Shown: positions 18,872 through 28,580 of the stretch, piece by piece
How the letters are laid out: the number at the start of each line of letters is the position of its first letter
Numbering within the stretch: the stretch's first letter is position 1
IMG/VR virus record: IMGVR_UViG_3300025693_000004
Location: 1 to 53,409 of that record
Origin: a virus
Lineage: Duplodnaviria; Caudoviricetes
Direction: 5' to 3' (one strand)
Length of the DNA stretch: 53,409 nt
Position numbers and translations under genes: made by a program
The notes under the pieces: generated by a model
Database searches by the model: none
What the model was told of the DNA's origin: nothing
The model's input: the letters and a program-made list of their open reading frames with translations, nothing else

Positions 18872-19330
18872 TTACCCTCCTTTAAGCCAGACGTGCCCCG
18901 TTTTGTTATATAAAGCCCCAGAAGCAGTACATAGTGATATAGTAATTGCGTCGGTCAATGGCGTGTAAAAACTAGGCGTGCTAGCGTCGTGTACTACAGC
19001 GTATAAAACGCTCCCTGACACCTTAGTAAGCCTGGCGAAAACATCAAAGCTAGTAAATGAGTTATTGGGGGTAGATGTTTCAATCTGCCCAGAGGTTAGT
19101 TCTACTGATGAACTACTTAAAACCAAGCCCTCCGCCACCACCTCAAAAGTTAGACTCCCTCCAGTCCCTCCAGCCCCTCCAGTCCCATCACCACCCACCT
19201 CACCAATATCCAAAACCATCAAATTCCCCCGCACACAAGTATCACTATTCGTCCACTCGTGCGCGTTTCCAAGGCCGTCTATGTAGTCTTGTTTCTTTGA
19301 TGCTAGGGGTAGGTCTCCTGTATTTGTCAT
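18872..19330 (-). CDS. Putative tail-associated protein
   Basis: Gly-rich linker GGDGTGGAGGTGG; translationally coupled in the tail region. Confidence 0.45.
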   Translation of the reverse strand: MTNTGDLPLASKKQDYIDGLGNAHEWTNSDTCVRGNLMVLDIGEVGGDGTGGAGGTGGSLTFEVVAEGLVLSSSSVELTSGQIETSTPNNSFTSFDVFARLTKVSGSVLYAVVHDASTPSFYTPLTDAITISLCTASGALYNKTGHVWLKGG

Positions 19331-20043
19331 AAGTGTTTAACCTCTAGAGTTACTAGAGACAGAGTATAAGTAACAGATGCTGGTATGTCTGAATGGCTTG
19401 CATACCCTGCAGGGAGCAGTTCGCGAGCACCAGTTGAGTCAATAACTGTCGCTATCGCGTGCGTAGTCCCATCGCTACCATTAAATGTCCCGCTAATACT
19501 AAGTATAGCGGCACTAGCTAGAAAGAGTCTTGATCCGCCAGGGCTATAGAAATAGCCGTAGGCAGTGGTCCTATTCACATATATGTAAGTAGGGGGTGGA
19601 GGTATTGTAACTGGAATAGTGGCCCCGTTGGCCTCAGAGTAGGTAAATGGAGCCGCAAAGAGATCCCTTATCAGGCTCCCATTCCATGCGCTAACATTCC
19701 CCCCAAAAAATGTTTGAGTTAGTCTAAGTGGGTTGGTGGCCCCGCCAATGACGTATGTAGTGAGGGAGTCTACATGCTTGAGCGACATCTCAAAAGCCCT
19801 AGCATACGTATAAGCAGTTGAATAGTACGGCGTAGCGATCATTGTATTTGCGTAATACGTCAGATTCGAAGAAGCCACCAATTCAAGTGGGAGTAGAGCT
19901 GCTACGCCTGTGTACGCAAGGATCAGATCAGGCACGCTAAAAGATTGATTATGCACCGTCTGGTGATTGTCTATCACGTCTATGGGTGTCTCTACGCTCT
20001 CAAAAGTAGGAAACCGAAGAATCCGCCCTTTATAATCCGTCAT
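19327..20043 (-). CDS. Putative tail/receptor-binding protein
   Basis: Thr/Tyr/Ser-rich and beta-like; ATGA coupling on both sides. Confidence 0.45.
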   Translation of the reverse strand: MTDYKGRILRFPTFESVETPIDVIDNHQTVHNQSFSVPDLILAYTGVAALLPLELVASSNLTYYANTMIATPYYSTAYTYARAFEMSLKHVDSLTTYVIGGATNPLRLTQTFFGGNVSAWNGSLIRDLFAAPFTYSEANGATIPVTIPPPPTYIYVNRTTAYGYFYSPGGSRLFLASAAILSISGTFNGSDGTTHAIATVIDSTGARELLPAGYASHSDIPASVTYTLSLVTLEVKHL

Positions 20044-20636
20044 AACCACACCGGCACTTGCATGTAATAGATGCCGTTACTGCTTAGCGATGCTATCGCC
20101 CATGCTCCATTAGGGATTGTTTGGTCGCTATTTATTGATGCCTGCTCAACTTCCCCACTTGTAAAGCTAGTAAGGTCGTCTAATCCATTCTCATATATTT
20201 CTGCTGAATAGGTGTTTCCTGCAATTTTATTGAGTATCTTAACGGGCACACTTGAATTTCCCGTAGACTCAAGAATGTAATAAGGTATAACATTATTACC
20301 TGCAACTTCTTTTACTGCCTTCACTGCAAAGAATACGGTATCTGCTTCAATTTTCTTTTGTTCATTGCTGGGTACGCGCTTAACTAATACCGTGCTTGAT
20401 GGTAAGTCCCACAATCCGTTTGCGTGAACGTCTGCAACAAATATATCACCTGTATCACTATTATTACTTGTTACCAAAGGCACTTCGTTACTGCCTACAT
20501 TAAAGTAAACGCCATTCCATAAGCCTTTGACCTTTACAGGAATACCGCCACCACTCCCTTTATTGCTAGCAAGCAAATACTTAACCTGCTGCTTTAAGTT
20601 ATTTAGCTCTATGCGTAATCGCGTTAGTTCTGACAT
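20040..20636 (-). CDS. Hypothetical virion protein
   Basis: N-terminal coiled coil; duplicated PVK(V/I) module; coupled ORF. Confidence 0.5.
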   Translation of the reverse strand: MSELTRLRIELNNLKQQVKYLLASNKGSGGGIPVKVKGLWNGVYFNVGSNEVPLVTSNNSDTGDIFVADVHANGLWDLPSSTVLVKRVPSNEQKKIEADTVFFAVKAVKEVAGNNVIPYYILESTGNSSVPVKILNKIAGNTYSAEIYENGLDDLTSFTSGEVEQASINSDQTIPNGAWAIASLSSNGIYYMQVPVWL

Positions 20637-22468
20637 TATTCACTCAATGTAGAAATTGTGCCAAGTGCGCTTTGTGCGCCCATGATTAAGTTTTCGTAAA
20701 CACCTAATGATGATTTTGCGGCTGCAATATTCTGATCCGCACCTTTATTTAGCCAGTCACCATTACTGTCTAGCTGCCGTCTAATAACTTCTCTATAGCT
20801 ATTATGTAGCTCAGATTTTGCTTTGTTGTAATCAATATCCATACCTTGATTATCTTTAGTGACTTGCATGGTTAGCTCCCATTCTTGCAAGTCCAAACCA
20901 ATGCGCTTGGCAAGTGTATTCGCTTCTTCTATCGAATAATTCAAGGCGACTTTCTCGCGCTCCATTAATCTATCGGCAGTAGCAAGCTTGTTTCTATTTA
21001 CTTCAATATCCGTGGCTTTGTCCTGCAATCTAAACCTAGCGTGCAATTCTTCATCCTTCATATCTTGCTCGCGCTTTTGTAGCTTTAACTTGTACGGCTC
21101 ATTTTTAAGGTTTTCTGCCTTTATCTGTTCCGAGTATAATTTAAGCGCTTGGTCATCACCCTTTAATGAAGCAATGTAAGTTTCAATCTCTTGTTTGTTT
21201 GACTCAAGCCGTGATGAATCAATATCAATTTGCAGCTTCTTTACTTGAAGTTCTGTCTTTCGTGTTTCCTCTACCAATGCAACCGCTCTATTCATGGCTT
21301 CCATTAGCTGAATGCGTCGTGTGTTTTGCTTTTCTGATAGCTCCATTTTGGCTAACTTAAGCTCATACTCTTTTGTTTTCTTTACTGCGTTATCAACCCA
21401 TTGTGTTTTTACGTCTGATACCGTTTTCCATACAGTTAGTTGATCCTTAAATCTATTAACCTCTAAATTATGGTAATCAATGGAAAACTGAGAGACTAAT
21501 TTAGCAGTATTTAATGCACGCTCCATCATACTGCCATGATAAGAAAGCATTGCCGTATCTAACGTCGTTCCTGCTTGTATTGCAAATTGCCTTGCTTGTG
21601 TGTGCATATCTGCGCGTTTAAGCAGTATGTCGCGGTTAATGCCTGACATTGCCTTGTTTAAGCCTTCTTTCGCTCGGCTCATTAATGCGGCCATTGCCAT
21701 AGGTGGCATTTTAAAACCGCGTGCTGCAAAGTTTTGTGCAACTTGGCTTCCTGCATCCTTATAAGTCGCACTCTCTCTATCTCTTGCTCGCTCAAATAAT
21801 GATTGCTCATCATCGGAATTTAAGCCAGAGCCACCGCCATCAATATCACTCGCCAATGCAGCTAATATAGAATCTCTAAACTCTGAGTTGTATTCTTCCT
21901 CTACAAAGTTGAAAGCATTACTAGGTAATACATAATTAGCCTGTGGGTGTGGAATGGTATAGCTACCTATATCAATTTTATCAGGATCAGGAATTGTAAA
22001 GTCTAGTAATTCAGTCGTTAATGTAGGTGTAGCTGATTCAGGTAGATTAAGACTTATATCGGTTGGCGTAAACTCAGTAATAGGGGCCTGTTTATTGCTT
22101 AATGATGGAGCTTGAATAGAGCCTGCATCATTTGGCATTTCTATGAAGTCTGTTTTCTCAAACGAAGCGCCCACTAAATCAGTAATTGCGCCTAAGTCAT
22201 GCCCATCAACCCTGCTCTTTGCCTGACCTTTAAAGCTTGTCTCAATTGCATTGTTGGTGTGGTTAATGCTTCCGGGCTTTGTAGTGCTTAGTTTTGATTC
22301 CTTAGTGCCTAGAACCGATTGTTCAATGGCATTTGAAAATTGAATAGGCTCCAATACATTTCTTGATTGTGCCTCTGCTTTTAATATTTCTAAAACTTTA
22401 TTAGCGTCAACTATTGCGCTATCCGTTCTATCTTGAGCGCTATTTATAATTTCCTGTACGGTACTCAT
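20636..22468 (-). CDS. Coiled-coil virion protein (tail/ejection)
   Basis: 610 aa helical ORF with FAARGFKMPP motif, in the late operon. Confidence 0.55.
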   Translation of the reverse strand: MSTVQEIINSAQDRTDSAIVDANKVLEILKAEAQSRNVLEPIQFSNAIEQSVLGTKESKLSTTKPGSINHTNNAIETSFKGQAKSRVDGHDLGAITDLVGASFEKTDFIEMPNDAGSIQAPSLSNKQAPITEFTPTDISLNLPESATPTLTTELLDFTIPDPDKIDIGSYTIPHPQANYVLPSNAFNFVEEEYNSEFRDSILAALASDIDGGGSGLNSDDEQSLFERARDRESATYKDAGSQVAQNFAARGFKMPPMAMAALMSRAKEGLNKAMSGINRDILLKRADMHTQARQFAIQAGTTLDTAMLSYHGSMMERALNTAKLVSQFSIDYHNLEVNRFKDQLTVWKTVSDVKTQWVDNAVKKTKEYELKLAKMELSEKQNTRRIQLMEAMNRAVALVEETRKTELQVKKLQIDIDSSRLESNKQEIETYIASLKGDDQALKLYSEQIKAENLKNEPYKLKLQKREQDMKDEELHARFRLQDKATDIEVNRNKLATADRLMEREKVALNYSIEEANTLAKRIGLDLQEWELTMQVTKDNQGMDIDYNKAKSELHNSYREVIRRQLDSNGDWLNKGADQNIAAAKSSLGVYENLIMGAQSALGTISTLSE

Positions 22469-24142
22469 TTATAACGCTCTCTTTTTTAGTATTTCAATCG
22501 TTGGTTCTATGGATTGCACGCTCATACTCGTGCTGCTCTTTGCGCCAAAGGATAAATGGTTCGCTCGAATACCTCGCCCTATCTTGGCTCTTCCTGCAAA
22601 GGGGATTACGTGCGTGGTATCATCGGTTTTCATTAGTATGTCAATATCACCTTTCGCATCAGCATGAATCAATGGTGTGCGTTTTAATCTATCGCTATCC
22701 ATATCCGTGCTTCCTGTTAAAAATGAGGATGCAATAGGAATGCCATTATCATCAGAGCCTTCTAGTAAATAGACTCCATCTGACTTAATGCCGTACAACT
22801 TTCCATTAATTTCTGATAATGCAGTAAACTGATAGTTGGTGTATTCAGTGATTGCCATGTTTTCAGTGTTCAATGCGTAGGCGGTAATGTCACCTTCATT
22901 AATCACTAAAACGTGAATATTGGTTATTTTGCTAACGACTAGCGGTAATGGCTCGGTAATATCACCAACCAACAAGCCTTCAAAAAGAAATTTACCCGCA
23001 ATAACAGGCTTAATATCAATGACATTACCCGTTATTAGCGCACCACTGACTAATTTTGCTTCAATAATCGGCGCACTTTCACTAATACCACCCGTAGCTT
23101 CTGCGCCATTTGCAATCTTGGCTGATACGTTTGGTTTGGCTTCTTTTAGATACGCCTTTATTAAGCGCTCGCCAAAAGCATCTGAGCTAACAATCGGTGC
23201 TTTCTCTCTAACAATCGCGCTTAGTGCTCTACCTGTATTGGCTGATCCGCTAACTGTCGGTTTTGGCTCGGTAACATGCCCTGCGTTATCATTAAGAACA
23301 CCCTCAACAATCGCTAATGGCTCGCTTGCTTGCCCGACCATAACAAGTGCTGCTGCTATTTCTGCATTAATAACCGCATTAGGCTCTGTTACCGCAACCG
23401 GTAATTTAGATAAGCGGGTAATGCCAGCACTAACAACAGGCAATAGCTCGGTAATCGCCGGGGAAATCAACACCCCTTTAATTACATTAGCTGCAGTTAA
23501 TGGCAATGGCTCAACTGAACTTGATGAGAAATAATAGCTATCAATGCTTGCGCTAATAACCGGCAATGGCTCTTGCGTGTTTCCTGCCAGTCCGATTGAT
23601 TGAACGATTGCACCTGCCGCATTAGGCAATAATTCAGAAACAGCACCTACAAGGTCATGCGACTGTAAGTTAGTTGCACTAACAATAGCATTAGGCTCTT
23701 CAACCGCAACACTAAACGATACTTTGCCTATATCGGAATTAACAACCGGTAGCGGTTCATTAATCGCAACGGTAAATTTAGTGCTATTGACGGATAAGCC
23801 ACCATAAGAGGTTACGCCACCATAAACAGCATCACCAAAACTTAATGCAACCGTTTCAATAACAACGGAATCCATGCTACCGCTAACCACGGCATTCTCA
23901 GCGTAAACTTGCGCACTTAATGAATGCCCTGAGATAGCCGAAGCAGAAACAACCGGCGGTAATTCGGTTACTTGACCAATGCCTGATGGCGCAGATACAT
24001 CCAGCGCACTACCACCGAAAGAATCGCTACCGTAAGCAATATCACCAAAGCTATTCGCAATAGGCGTTAGTTCTGGGATAGCTATATCTGGCGTATCACC
24101 ATAACTTTGCGTGCCAAAAGGCTTACCACCGTAAACAGGCAT
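22469..24142 (-). CDS. Repeat-containing tail/virion protein
   Basis: Many ~26-aa repeats centred on E-(P/L)-x-(P/A)-x-V-x-(A/G); globular C-terminus (ALNTEN...TEYTNYQF). Confidence 0.6.
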   Translation of the reverse strand: MPVYGGKPFGTQSYGDTPDIAIPELTPIANSFGDIAYGSDSFGGSALDVSAPSGIGQVTELPPVVSASAISGHSLSAQVYAENAVVSGSMDSVVIETVALSFGDAVYGGVTSYGGLSVNSTKFTVAINEPLPVVNSDIGKVSFSVAVEEPNAIVSATNLQSHDLVGAVSELLPNAAGAIVQSIGLAGNTQEPLPVISASIDSYYFSSSSVEPLPLTAANVIKGVLISPAITELLPVVSAGITRLSKLPVAVTEPNAVINAEIAAALVMVGQASEPLAIVEGVLNDNAGHVTEPKPTVSGSANTGRALSAIVREKAPIVSSDAFGERLIKAYLKEAKPNVSAKIANGAEATGGISESAPIIEAKLVSGALITGNVIDIKPVIAGKFLFEGLLVGDITEPLPLVVSKITNIHVLVINEGDITAYALNTENMAITEYTNYQFTALSEINGKLYGIKSDGVYLLEGSDDNGIPIASSFLTGSTDMDSDRLKRTPLIHADAKGDIDILMKTDDTTHVIPFAGRAKIGRGIRANHLSFGAKSSTSMSVQSIEPTIEILKKRAL

Positions 24143-24143
24143 C

Positions 24144-24716
24144 TTACCAGCCTAGTGTTAGGTCGATTGCTGCAACTGCGGCGTGGTCTGCGGCTGCATT
24201 AATAGCGAATGACAAAGCTGCGCGGTTAGCTAATATGCTTAGTTGCTTGTTGATGCGCGGTGTCAAGACTGCTGCCAACCCTGCAGCATCATAGCTGCTT
24301 GTATCGAGTGCGGCTTGCATTGCTACACCTACTGTGGCATCAATGTTATAAGCCACCACGTCTGCACTAATGGCTGGCCATGTAGCAATTTCTGCTAAGC
24401 CGTAGCCCTCTGCTTGTGCGTCTAGTAGCTCCTTAGCTGCCTGATACACGGCTCCTATCTTTTGTTGCTTGTACAGGTCTAAAGGCGTGTCTGTAAGCGT
24501 GTACGTCACAAGGCACTCTGTGGCCGTGTAGTCATAGGTAGGGCTACTTTTGCTCTGCCATGCCTCGATTGTTTGAGCCTCAACAAGTGGATAGACACCA
24601 GCTAAAGCAATACGCGCTGCGTCTGTAAGCCTGTCAAAGCCTATTTGAGTTGTGCCGTCATTTAACTTGTAATTGAACGGCAAGTTCATTGGTTGGTCGT
24701 CTTTAATGTAGTTCAT
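24144..24716 (-). CDS. Putative tail fibre assembly/chaperone-like protein
   Basis: Ala-rich helical C-terminus ending AVAAIDLTLGW; follows the SPRY-like gene. Confidence 0.5.
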   Translation of the reverse strand: MNYIKDDQPMNLPFNYKLNDGTTQIGFDRLTDAARIALAGVYPLVEAQTIEAWQSKSSPTYDYTATECLVTYTLTDTPLDLYKQQKIGAVYQAAKELLDAQAEGYGLAEIATWPAISADVVAYNIDATVGVAMQAALDTSSYDAAGLAAVLTPRINKQLSILANRAALSFAINAAADHAAVAAIDLTLGW

Positions 24717-24724
24717 TACTATCC

Positions 24725-25270
24725 TTATGGGAGAGCCACTGGCTCATAGATAAATGCACTCGCACCAGCATTTAGCGTAGACACTGATGTCGTATTGTAG
24801 TTCCCGCCCTGCACGTATATAACTGGGTTGGGGATTAGAAGGGTGCCTGCCGCCACGACTACGCCATCTCTGAGTATCTGATAAGCCCCAGACACAGAGT
24901 TATAGACGAGTGCGTAGGTTCTAATTGACAAGCCTAGTGCCACCGTGTGGCCCACCCCTCCAGTAGGTACTGCCACCCCTCCAGAGTATAGGGTACTTGC
25001 AAGGGGCATTATCCCGACGGCTGATGCCCCACCATCAAAACCAGTATGCCTCACCTCAACGTATAGGTTACCAGGGAGCGCCGCAGGGGCCGAGTGTGCG
25101 GCCCCGTACTGCCCATAGACGCTAGGGGTAGCTGTCAAGTTGCCATTGGACAGAGCCATATTTCCTACAGCTGTCCAATCAGCGCTAGAGTAGTCTACAA
25201 AGACCAGCCCCGATTGTACTTGCCGCTTCTTAGCTGCAGCACTCTGAGTAATCTTATTTAAGCCCAGCAT
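24725..25270 (-). CDS. SPRY/ConA-like beta-sandwich tail protein
   Basis: LSNGNLTAT, LYVEV, AVGI and LNAGASAFIYEP motifs; TAATG coupling. Confidence 0.55.
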   Translation of the reverse strand: MLGLNKITQSAAAKKRQVQSGLVFVDYSSADWTAVGNMALSNGNLTATPSVYGQYGAAHSAPAALPGNLYVEVRHTGFDGGASAVGIMPLASTLYSGGVAVPTGGVGHTVALGLSIRTYALVYNSVSGAYQILRDGVVVAAGTLLIPNPVIYVQGGNYNTTSVSTLNAGASAFIYEPVALP

Positions 25271-25980
25271 TAAGCAAATGCACCCCCAGCGTGGATCATG
25301 TCCCACTGCGTGCCTCCATCTTCTGAGATGAACCCTAGTCGATCATACTCGCCTACCGCTGTAACCAATGTAGGAGCCGTGCCGCCATCAAACTTAACTG
25401 AGGCAGGGAGCGTAAGAGCATAAGAACCTGCGCCACCTTGCTCTAACTTCAGAGTAAAGTTTTGACTCACGCCTGTGGGTTTTGGATTGCTGATTACGAT
25501 TGAAGTAATAGCTTCTGTCATCACAACATGGAAATTATTACCTAGTGATAAGTACAGCGTAAGCACGCCTGCTACACTTGATGGTGTTTGCAGTACTTCA
25601 CCGTATGATTTTACAGTCGGGTTATGCAGCAATGCGCCTTCGTAATCAACATCGCCTGTTACTCTTCCTGGCATAGGTGCTGAAAATATAAAATGCGTAT
25701 TACTGCCAGTAGCAATACTTAATGAAATAGCTGCGCCACCATTACTTGAGCCGTAAATAGTATCGCGGCTTAATGTATTGGGCGCACCTGCTGTAATTGT
25801 GCCTAGCCCGTACTCCCAGCCTAAGCCGTTTGCATCAAGAATCCAGTATTTAAAAGTATCTGTTGTGGCAAGTACATCAAGTATTGCTTGGTGCCCCAGT
25901 ACGGCCCCGCCTAAAGAAAGCGAGCCTGAACCGGATGTAACCGAAGTTTCTTTGATTCTTGCGCCGTCTTTAAGCGCCAT
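25270..25980 (-). CDS. Tail fibre-like protein
   Basis: RIKETS...WEYGLGT...LSRDTIYGSSN anchor; C-terminal FTLKLEQGGAGS...VKFDGGTAPTL. Confidence 0.6.
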   Translation of the reverse strand: MALKDGARIKETSVTSGSGSLSLGGAVLGHQAILDVLATTDTFKYWILDANGLGWEYGLGTITAGAPNTLSRDTIYGSSNGGAAISLSIATGSNTHFIFSAPMPGRVTGDVDYEGALLHNPTVKSYGEVLQTPSSVAGVLTLYLSLGNNFHVVMTEAITSIVISNPKPTGVSQNFTLKLEQGGAGSYALTLPASVKFDGGTAPTLVTAVGEYDRLGFISEDGGTQWDMIHAGGAFA

Positions 25981-25990
25981 ATATTACCCC

Positions 25991-26437
25991 TTATTGTGCA
26001 GGTTGTGTGTAAGTGAATGCTGTGATTGTTTGCACGGCAGCGAGTTCAATTGTGGTGTTGCTCATATTAATTTCTGCGCCGGTTGTTGCAATTGCGCCAT
26101 CAAAACGAGCGCCGGTTGTTGTGGCTAATGCTGGATTGTCGCCTGCTTCAAAACATCTAAACCAACCTGCTGTTCCACCTGCAACGGCTGTTCCTTTCCA
26201 GTCTTGTGTGGCATCTTTTGAGACTACGCCATCAGTCACTACATTTTCCCAGTTACCACCTGTTAAGCCTGCGCCATCAAGTGAAATAGTAAATAACAGC
26301 GTTCCTGCTTCAACATCGTTTGCTGTTGCTGGCTGCACGCCTGAATAGACATTGATAAAGCAACCATCCATAACGGATTGAAAGCCCTCTGTTGCACCAA
26401 TGCGGTTAAGTAAGCCTTTTGATCTGCGTAATGACAT
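25991..26437 (-). CDS. Virion structural protein
   Basis: YSGVQPATA, GTAGWFR and RFDGAI motifs of small phage structural proteins. Confidence 0.6.
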   Translation of the reverse strand: MSLRRSKGLLNRIGATEGFQSVMDGCFINVYSGVQPATANDVEAGTLLFTISLDGAGLTGGNWENVVTDGVVSKDATQDWKGTAVAGGTAGWFRCFEAGDNPALATTTGARFDGAIATTGAEINMSNTTIELAAVQTITAFTYTQPAQ

Positions 26438-26486
26438 TTTTTATCTCCAGTTATAGGAATATTGCGCCATCACGGCGCAGTTTTAT

Positions 26487-27617
26487 TTAAGCGGTTGCTA
26501 CTAAGTATTTGTGTTTAGCAATAACCGCTGTTAAAGGATTCTTTGTGTTAAGTTTGTATTTCTTATGGGTAAGGTTTTGTATGCTGCCATCAGGAGTACC
26601 AACACAGATACTTCCATCTTGGCTAACAAATAAAGCGCCATACCCTGTTGCGCCATCGCCTAAATCATTTAGGTTAATGCGCTTGCCAGTATTTTTTATT
26701 GCAGGTGTTGAATGCACCGATCTAAAAACCCATGTGCTAGGCGAATCACCCGACGCATAGAAAATTTCTTTTTGTGTTGATAGGTAAACGCCATACTCTA
26801 CCGATACCAGCATGGTAATAGGCGAATCAAACGGGTAAGTGCTGTTTAGGTAATCACATAATTCATAATCTAATGCATCAGAAAAGAATAGGTAGTTATC
26901 ACTAACAGCAATTAAGAACCCTCTAAATTCTTCAAACAAGCTAGCCACTGGCATTGCTGCTTTATATTGCCTATCTAGCGGCTCATTTGCGTTGAGTAAT
27001 TGCGCAGGGTTATTAATAGTTTTTGCTGTTGCGTTCGCAATAAAATACAGCTCTTCACCATTACAACCAGACATATAGATATTAGCTGTATGTCCTGCGG
27101 GTACATTGGCATGAATAGTTAGACTGCTATTTTCTGGCAATTCTATTAACTCTGTTTCTGCTGCCCCCGACTCTCTTCCATCGGCTGAAATAGTTGTTAC
27201 TGAAACTAAATATCTGCCAGATAGCAAAGTACCAACACCAAGTACGGTGCTAATGCTAGGGATAGGAAGCCCCATTTCACGAATTGCACTACCTTCAATA
27301 ACGCCATTATATGAGCCGGTTGAGAAATAAATGGTACCCGCTACTTCAATATGCGTTAATGATTCGTTATCACCAGGAACAATACCTAGCGCTTGAATTG
27401 AATCATCACTATTAATTCTGTGTAACTGATTGTCCGATAAAAATAGATTGCCGCTGATGGCGGTCACGTTACCGCTAAAGACAGGCGCAAAGCCTTCTCT
27501 TGTTGCAATCTTACCTTTGCGATCTATATCAATATTTTTAGCAGAAACCAAACCTTTCAAGCCTACTTCAATAGGCTCATTTTGATTGTCCGCACCAGTA
27601 AATCTAGTTAATCTCAT
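26487..27617 (-). CDS. Putative tail nozzle/hub-like virion protein
   Basis: FTGADN...AKNIDI...GKIATREG N-terminus; follows the adaptor gene. Confidence 0.5.
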   Translation of the reverse strand: MRLTRFTGADNQNEPIEVGLKGLVSAKNIDIDRKGKIATREGFAPVFSGNVTAISGNLFLSDNQLHRINSDDSIQALGIVPGDNESLTHIEVAGTIYFSTGSYNGVIEGSAIREMGLPIPSISTVLGVGTLLSGRYLVSVTTISADGRESGAAETELIELPENSSLTIHANVPAGHTANIYMSGCNGEELYFIANATAKTINNPAQLLNANEPLDRQYKAAMPVASLFEEFRGFLIAVSDNYLFFSDALDYELCDYLNSTYPFDSPITMLVSVEYGVYLSTQKEIFYASGDSPSTWVFRSVHSTPAIKNTGKRINLNDLGDGATGYGALFVSQDGSICVGTPDGSIQNLTHKKYKLNTKNPLTAVIAKHKYLVATA

Positions 27618-28255
27618 ACGAATCTACGTGGATAAACACGCGAATTAGCACGGCTACTTTTTACAGTTGCCATAAATTTAGCTGAATGCTTGCGCCCAAA
27701 CTCTTCTGTGAATTGGCTTAGATTGAATTGCGCTACATTAGGGTCAAACAAATCTTCATCACGTCTTGAATAAGCCTCATAAAGCACATAAAAAAGTAGT
27801 GATTCGTGATATTCCTCTGGTATTTCGGGAATATCAGCATCATTAATCAATTTTGTTTCTGGTCGGTTAACAATACTTAAATTAATTGTTACATTTGCAT
27901 CCGGTATGCCTACCAGTTGAATTTTGTTGTGGTTTTGCAGATAGTATTTAGGTGTACCAATCAGTTCTTGCCACTTATTAACATGGCCATCTAGCTCTAT
28001 TTGGCTCACTTTTTCTATTTGTATGCCATTAATCAGCATATCTTTAACAATAATGGTTGAAGCAGGTAGGTTGTAATATGCACTACCTGCAATAACATCT
28101 ATTGTTTTTTCTGACGTAAGAATTAGAGCGCGTTCCGCTGCTTCGCGTTCTGCTCGATTAATGGCAGCATTGATAAAAGTATCGCTCCATTGGTACGGCT
28201 CGACTTCATCATCAAGTCTTTCACGAATAAAGGAACGCAGCTCTAATAAATTCAT
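27614..28255 (-). CDS. Head-tail adaptor protein
   Basis: LLELRSFIRERLDD...WSD...INRA and DIPEIPEEYHESLLFY motifs; position after capsid. Confidence 0.65.
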   Translation of the reverse strand: MNLLELRSFIRERLDDEVEPYQWSDTFINAAINRAEREAAERALILTSEKTIDVIAGSAYYNLPASTIIVKDMLINGIQIEKVSQIELDGHVNKWQELIGTPKYYLQNHNKIQLVGIPDANVTINLSIVNRPETKLINDADIPEIPEEYHESLLFYVLYEAYSRRDEDLFDPNVAQFNLSQFTEEFGRKHSAKFMATVKSSRANSRVYPRRFV

Positions 28256-28530
28256 ACGCTATTACCGTCCTTATCGCACGGAATCATATCGCCACGCTGT
28301 AGTAATCCTTTGGTCACTACAAATACACGACCATTAGTCGGATGCTTTAAGTAATCAGGGGTAATCGTGACTAATTCATCACTAATGGTCGCACCTGAAC
28401 CTTTAGACTCAAGCTCAAGCACTTCAGCCATTAAGCTATCTAGTGAATGACGCTTATTAAGATCAGTATTAAACTGATCTTTAGCGTATTCACATAGCTC
28501 GTCTTTGGTCATTTCTTCTATTTCTGGCAT
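28252..28530 (-). CDS. Small hypothetical head-associated protein
   Basis: MTKDELCEYAK helix-extension-helix-like N-terminus; follows capsid. Confidence 0.5.
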   Translation of the reverse strand: MPEIEEMTKDELCEYAKDQFNTDLNKRHSLDSLMAEVLELESKGSGATISDELVTITPDYLKHPTNGRVFVVTKGLLQRGDMIPCDKDGNSV

Positions 28531-28541
28531 AAATCACCTAT

Positions 28542-28574
28542 AAAAAAGCCCCACTTAAATAAATAAGTGAGGCT
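28542..28574 (-). terminator. Intrinsic terminator after the capsid gene
   Basis: AAAAAAGCCCCACTTA-aataaa-TAAGTGAGGCT. Confidence 0.75.
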
Positions 28575-28580
28575 ATATTG

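Noticed and set aside
18872-25980. Diversity-generating retroelement or invertible tail-fibre shufflon
   Set aside because: No reverse transcriptase, template/variable repeat pair, invertase or inverted crossover sites seen
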